Origin: a virus
Lineage: Duplodnaviria > Caudoviricetes
IMG/VR virus record: IMGVR_UViG_3300017742_000005
Coordinates: 1-62,070 of that record
Reading direction: 5' to 3' (one strand)
Length of the DNA: 62,070 bases
Shown: in pieces, positions 57,654 through 62,070 of the stretch
Numbering within the stretch: position 1 is the stretch's first letter
Layout of the letters: each line of letters begins with the position of its first letter
The notes under the pieces: model-generated
The model's input: only the letters and a program-made list of their open reading frames with translations
Databases searched by the model: none
Told to the model about the DNA's origin: nothing
Position numbers and translations under genes: made by a program

Positions 57654-57903
57654 GATTAGAGTTTTATTATTAGAAAAGTTGCATCTCCAGCCATCAGAGC
57701 TGGATTTGCTTCCTTTCTATGAGTATGAATATACCTTAGAAATTTACAATGATCTATTAAAAGATCGTAATGATGAAGAGAAACAGAATACTCAATCCTA
57801 TTCGGATAAATATAATACGGACAGCATGTCTAGATCTATGAACAAACAGATGAGTTCTTTTAAAGCACCATCTATGCCTAAGATTAGTATGCCGAAGTTT
57901 TAA
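57616..57903 (+). CDS. gp51-like baseplate/tail assembly chaperone segment with no ATG start (start uncertain)
   Basis: SLLNFYK...LHLQPSELDLLPFYEYE resembles the gp51-type motif; lies in the +1 frame overlapping the gp26-like end. Confidence 0.6.
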   Translation, partial: CLLFKISLLNFYKIRVLLLEKLHLQPSELDLLPFYEYEYTLEIYNDLLKDRNDEEKQNTQSYSDKYNTDSMSRSMNKQMSSFKAPSMPKISMPKF

Positions 57904-57919
57904 TAAATAAATAGATTGA

Positions 57920-60900
57920 ATGGCTGCTGTAACTCTTAAAGATTTAATGGATCCTCTGTCAAAGATAGAGGCTGCTGCAAAAGAGACTAATGAAAAATTA
58001 GATGCTCTTATTGCAGTTTCTGGAGGCGGTAATTCCGGTGGTAGTTTAGATGCTGCCATAGTGGCTCAATTAACAGCACAAACAGATTTATTAACTGCTA
58101 TTGAAGCAAATACATCCAGAAATCCTTTAGGAGGAATATTTAGTAGAAAAGGTGGTGCTGCTAAGAAAAGTAATGCTGGTGCTACTTTAAATGATTTAGG
58201 TATTGGTGCAAAGTTAACAGCTAAGGCAATAATGTTGTGGCTATTAGTACCGAAGAAAGCATTGGAGAAATTTAAAGGTTTTGTAGCAGATACACTTGAT
58301 TCATTTGAAAAAGTTAAACCTAAAAAAGTAAAGGCTGGGGCTGATGCTCTTGCTGTTGCTTCTGGTGCTGCAATGATATCTGCAAAAGCATTAATGGTTT
58401 GGACGTTTGTACCTGAATCGGCTATAGATAAATTTACAGCTTATATAACAAAATTAGATAAAGCTTTATCTAAGACCACACCTAAAAAGGCTAAGAAAGG
58501 TGCGGAAACTTTAGGCTTAATGGGCGATGCACTTTTAAAATTTGCAAAAGGATTAGCTTTATCTGCAATATTAGTTCCATTAGGTTTAATAGCAATACCG
58601 TTCTTATTATTGGCTGTGACTGCTGTTGGTGGTATTATGGCTTTACTAGGTGGTAAGAAAATGGGCCAACGAATTAGGAGAGGCGCAAGAGCTTTAGATA
58701 AAGTAGGTGATGCTCTAACATCCTTTGCAATAGGACTAGGTTTATTTGCTTTATCTACTATGTTTATTATAACTCAACCAAATATCTTAATAGGTATGGT
58801 AGCTTCACTAATATTAGTACCAGGTGCAATTGCAATATTAGGTGGTAAGAAAATGGCTAAGAGAGTTAGGAGAGGTTCATTAGGTTTACTAATCTTAGGT
58901 GTAGCATTAATACCTTTTTCTATAGGTATGTTAGCATTATCATACGCAACGAGAGGTAATGGTATTGGAGACATTCTTCTACAAGGTGCTACAATATTAG
59001 CAATAGGTGGAGCTGCTGCATTAGTTGGTAAGATGGGTATGAAGAATATTTTGTTTGGTGCTGCCGCGATGGCGTTAAACGGTTTAGGACTTTTAGTATT
59101 TAGTTTAGGTTATACTCCGTTTGCTGATGCAACTAGAGGTAACACTTTAGAAGATGTAGGCGTACAGGCATTAACACTTGTAGCTATTGGTGGAATTATG
59201 GCATTAGCTGGATTGGCAGTTGCTGCCACTGGAGGTACTGCTTTATTAGGTCCTCTTATGTTTGCTGCCGCAGGTTTAGCATTACAAGAATTGGCACCAG
59301 GTTTACAGATGATGAAAAAGATAGACTTTACCAAAACCGATGCTGAAAACTTATCCTTTACATTAGGTGCAGTAGCTGCTGCATTCTCAGGTGTAGAACC
59401 TGAAGCAGGATTCTTAAAGAATGTTGGTAATGTATTTAGTAGAATAGGGCAGAGTATTGCCGGAGGTGGAGCCGCTGCAATGTATATAGGTGCAGGAAAG
59501 GCGTTACAAGAATTATCAAAAGGTTTAAAAGATTTTAAAGAAATTGACTTTACACAAGAAGATTCAGAAGATCTTGCTGTCGCATTAGGTTCTGTTAGTG
59601 CTGCCTTTGCTCAAGCTGGTGGAGAACCATCAAGCCCAGGTGGTTTATTCGGATTGGTATTTGGATCTACGTTTAGCCCTAATGCAACTGAAAGAGGAGT
59701 TAAATCGGTAATGAGATCAGGTGATGCACTTACCGAAATTACAAAAGGGCTCCATTCCTTTATGAAACTACAAGAAAAGGGTGCTAAGTTTGGTGAACCT
59801 GATAGTGATGGACATTATGAAGAAGGTACTTTAGGTTATGCAATTACAAATACTGTAGGATTTATTAGAACGGCGTTTGCCGCAGTTGCTGGAGAAGGTA
59901 ATGTTCAGGCAGGTGGATTCTTTAATACTCTATTTGGAATTAAAAAGAATAAAGTAGCAGAAGGTATTGATTCAGTTAGAGGAGTTGGTAAAAACTTAGA
60001 TGATATTGCCAATAGTGTAATGAAATTCCAAACAATGATAGAAAAAGGTATTAAGTTTGGAGAACCTGATGGTGATGGAAATTATGAAGAAGGTACCCTA
60101 GGTTATGCAATTGTAAATACTATAGGATTTATTCGTACTGCTTTTGCTGCCGTTGCTGATGAAGGTAATGTTGAGGCAGGTGGATTCTTTAATTCCTTAT
60201 TTGGTGTTAAAAAGAATAAAGTAGCGGAAGGTGTTGATTCAGTTAGAGGAGTTGGTAAAGATTTAGATTCAATTGCTGATGGTTTACTTAAATTTATTGG
60301 ATTTACGAAAGATAATATTGATTTTGGTCCAGAAGGTGATTTAGCCAAAGCAGTTGTAGGTTCAATAACATTTATAAGCGATGCATTTGCTGCAGTCGCA
60401 GGTGAGGAAACTGAGGATAGTGCATTATTTGGTCTAATTACATGGAATGAAAATAATGTAGAAAAAGGTGTTTCGGCTGTAAAGGGTGTAGGTAAAGATT
60501 TGGAAGGTATTGCTAACGGATTAGAAACTTTCCAAAAGATGGTAAAAGATAAAGTTGATTTTAAACCAAAGGGAGAATTGGCTAATGCAGTTAAAAATAC
60601 TTTAACTTTTGTTGGTGATGCGTTTGCTGCAATTGGTTCAAATGAAACAACTGACTCTGCAATGTTTGGTTTAATTTCATGGGATGAGAATAATGTAGAA
60701 AAAGGAATTAAAGCAGTAAAAGGCGCAGGTAAGGAACTATCAGGTATTGCTAAAGGTGTAGCTACATTTGCCGGCGTTAAGAACCCTGCCCAAGTAGCAA
60801 AAGGTATAGGTACATTATTTAATAGTATTGCTGATGCGTTTACAAAGAATTATATAGACATTGCAATGATGAGACCTGCAATGAATCATTTCTCTGGTTG

Positions 60901-61297
60901 GATTACTGATTTAGCAGATGCTGCAGATGATGGATCATTAAATAAAGCTGGAACAGATTTAGAAAAAATTGCTGCAGCTATTAATTCTGTTGATCCTTTT
61001 AAGGCTGAAGCAATGGCCGGATTATTCAGTGGTGCCGGTGAACTTGGTGAAAATAGAAGAGCATATCAAACCCTAGCAAGAGCAGTAGAGGATATTCGAG
61101 ATTTACTATCAGAAACGAGTGGAGGCGGTGAAGCTGCAACAACTGAAGGCGGGGCTCCTGCTGCCGGAGGATCAAGTAAGAGTAGTAATAATAATGCTGC
61201 AATGGTAAGACTTAATAGTACTCTTAGCCGACTTAATTCTACAATGAGTTCGTTACCTGCATCAATTCAATCAATTAAAATCATAGTAGAAGATTAA
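57920..61297 (+). CDS. Tape measure-like protein
   Basis: 1125 aa, Ala/Gly-rich, hydrophobic segments, long internal repeats; follows the hub and chaperone genes. Confidence 0.75.
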   Translation: MAAVTLKDLMDPLSKIEAAAKETNEKLDALIAVSGGGNSGGSLDAAIVAQLTAQTDLLTAIEANTSRNPLGGIFSRKGGAAKKSNAGATLNDLGIGAKLTAKAIMLWLLVPKKALEKFKGFVADTLDSFEKVKPKKVKAGADALAVASGAAMISAKALMVWTFVPESAIDKFTAYITKLDKALSKTTPKKAKKGAETLGLMGDALLKFAKGLALSAILVPLGLIAIPFLLLAVTAVGGIMALLGGKKMGQRIRRGARALDKVGDALTSFAIGLGLFALSTMFIITQPNILIGMVASLILVPGAIAILGGKKMAKRVRRGSLGLLILGVALIPFSIGMLALSYATRGNGIGDILLQGATILAIGGAAALVGKMGMKNILFGAAAMALNGLGLLVFSLGYTPFADATRGNTLEDVGVQALTLVAIGGIMALAGLAVAATGGTALLGPLMFAAAGLALQELAPGLQMMKKIDFTKTDAENLSFTLGAVAAAFSGVEPEAGFLKNVGNVFSRIGQSIAGGGAAAMYIGAGKALQELSKGLKDFKEIDFTQEDSEDLAVALGSVSAAFAQAGGEPSSPGGLFGLVFGSTFSPNATERGVKSVMRSGDALTEITKGLHSFMKLQEKGAKFGEPDSDGHYEEGTLGYAITNTVGFIRTAFAAVAGEGNVQAGGFFNTLFGIKKNKVAEGIDSVRGVGKNLDDIANSVMKFQTMIEKGIKFGEPDGDGNYEEGTLGYAIVNTIGFIRTAFAAVADEGNVEAGGFFNSLFGVKKNKVAEGVDSVRGVGKDLDSIADGLLKFIGFTKDNIDFGPEGDLAKAVVGSITFISDAFAAVAGEETEDSALFGLITWNENNVEKGVSAVKGVGKDLEGIANGLETFQKMVKDKVDFKPKGELANAVKNTLTFVGDAFAAIGSNETTDSAMFGLISWDENNVEKGIKAVKGAGKELSGIAKGVATFAGVKNPAQVAKGIGTLFNSIADAFTKNYIDIAMMRPAMNHFSGWITDLADAADDGSLNKAGTDLEKIAAAINSVDPFKAEAMAGLFSGAGELGENRRAYQTLARAVEDIRDLLSETSGGGEAATTEGGAPAAGGSSKSSNNNAAMVRLNSTLSRLNSTMSSLPASIQSIKIIVED
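59786..60300 (+). repeat. 267-nt (89-aa) tandem duplication in the tape measure gene
   Basis: KFGEPD.DG.YEEGTLGYAI starts at 59786 and 60053; more degenerate units follow. Confidence 0.85.
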
Positions 61298-61311
61298 TTT
61301 CTAAAATCTTA

Positions 61312-61338
61312 AAACCTTTTTATATTTTAGCTATATAA
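61312..61338 (+). promoter_or_regulatory. Bipartite promoter AAAC-N17-ATATAA
   Basis: Upstream of the exonuclease gene. Confidence 0.6.
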
Positions 61339-61384
61339 AATTTAACAGAGAGAGTCTGGAAATAGTATAGTTTAAAAGTATAAT

Positions 61385-62070
61385 ATGGAAAAAGTAAAAA
61401 ACATAGTTTGGTTTGATTTAGAAACCACAGGAGTAAACACAAGTAGCGATAGAATTATCGAGATCGCAATGATAAAAACTGATTCTGAAGGAAATGAAAT
61501 AGATTCTTTTCAGTCATTAGTTAATCCCGGCCCTAATGCAGTCATGAGAGAAGAAGCTCAAGATAAGCACGGTATCACACCAGAACAATTAAAAGATGCG
61601 CCCCAATTTGATTTAATAGCCAAAGAAGTTTTGGACTTTATTGATGATAGTGACTTAGGTGGATATAACGCACTTTACTTTGATGTACCAATGCTCGTAG
61701 AGGAATTTATGAGAAGTGGTATTGCATTCTCGCATCGCCAAAGAGCTGTAGTAGATCCTTTTTTAATTTATTCAAAATATGAACGTAGAGATTTAAGTAC
61801 TGCATATAAAAAATATACAGGAAAGGATTTAGAAGGCGCTCATAGGGCCGATGTTGATATTCGTGCAACAATGGAAATATTTCAAAAACAAAAAGAACTT
61901 TATGACATGCCAACCACAGCAAAAGAAATTGATGATGTTGTAAATGAATCAAGAAAAGATCAAGTAGACCTTAGTGGTAAATATAAATTTGCTGAAATAA
62001 ATGGTAAACGAGAAATTGTATTTAACTTTGGTAAAAACAAAGGAAAACCGTTTAAAGAAGTTTATGAAAC
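61385..62070 (+). CDS. DEDDh 3'-5' exonuclease (DnaQ-like), runs off the window end
   Basis: Manual translation MEKVKNIVWFDLETTG...GYNALYFD...AHRADVD. Confidence 0.88.
   Translation, partial: MEKVKNIVWFDLETTGVNTSSDRIIEIAMIKTDSEGNEIDSFQSLVNPGPNAVMREEAQDKHGITPEQLKDAPQFDLIAKEVLDFIDDSDLGGYNALYFDVPMLVEEFMRSGIAFSHRQRAVVDPFLIYSKYERRDLSTAYKKYTGKDLEGAHRADVDIRATMEIFQKQKELYDMPTTAKEIDDVVNESRKDQVDLSGKYKFAEINGKREIVFNFGKNKGKPFKEVYE

Noticed and set aside
1-62070. Stop-codon reassignment as in some large Bacteroidota phages
   Set aside because: Core genes are full length in the standard code, and TAA, TAG and TGA all end genes.
1-62070. tRNA, rRNA, integrase, reverse transcriptase or transposase
   Set aside because: Intergenic gaps are short and AT-rich, and I recognised no such motifs; tRNAscan was not run.

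Overview
A 62-kb, AT-rich segment of a large lytic T4-like myophage genome. Nearly all genes are on the + strand and use the standard code. It holds replication genes (family B DNA polymerase split into two genes about 14 kb apart, gp45, gp44/62, gp41, UvsX, gp46/47, RNase H, NrdAB, dimeric dUTPase) and a T4-type virion module (gp15, gp4, gp2, portal, protease-scaffold, major capsid, neck, terminase, sheath, tube, baseplate hub, tape measure). A Bacteroidota host is inferred from A-rich leaders without Shine-Dalgarno sites, an Hc1-like protein, the nrdB-nrdA order and the DnaQ-like gene. The main candidate for a new system is a seven-gene operon (13435-19981) between the polymerase halves. It couples sugar-nucleotide synthesis to a BGT-like glycosyltransferase, a non-canonical cytosine-C5 methyltransferase homolog and a second glycosyltransferase, suggesting a DNA hypermodification pathway. 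Other highlights: a bipartite promoter (AAAC-N16/17-ATATAA, 11 copies) with an extra phage sigma-70 factor, a probable programmed frameshift before the tape measure gene, a close homolog of metazoan NEIL1, and scattered glycan-biosynthesis genes. All calls come from motif recognition by eye; no searches were run.
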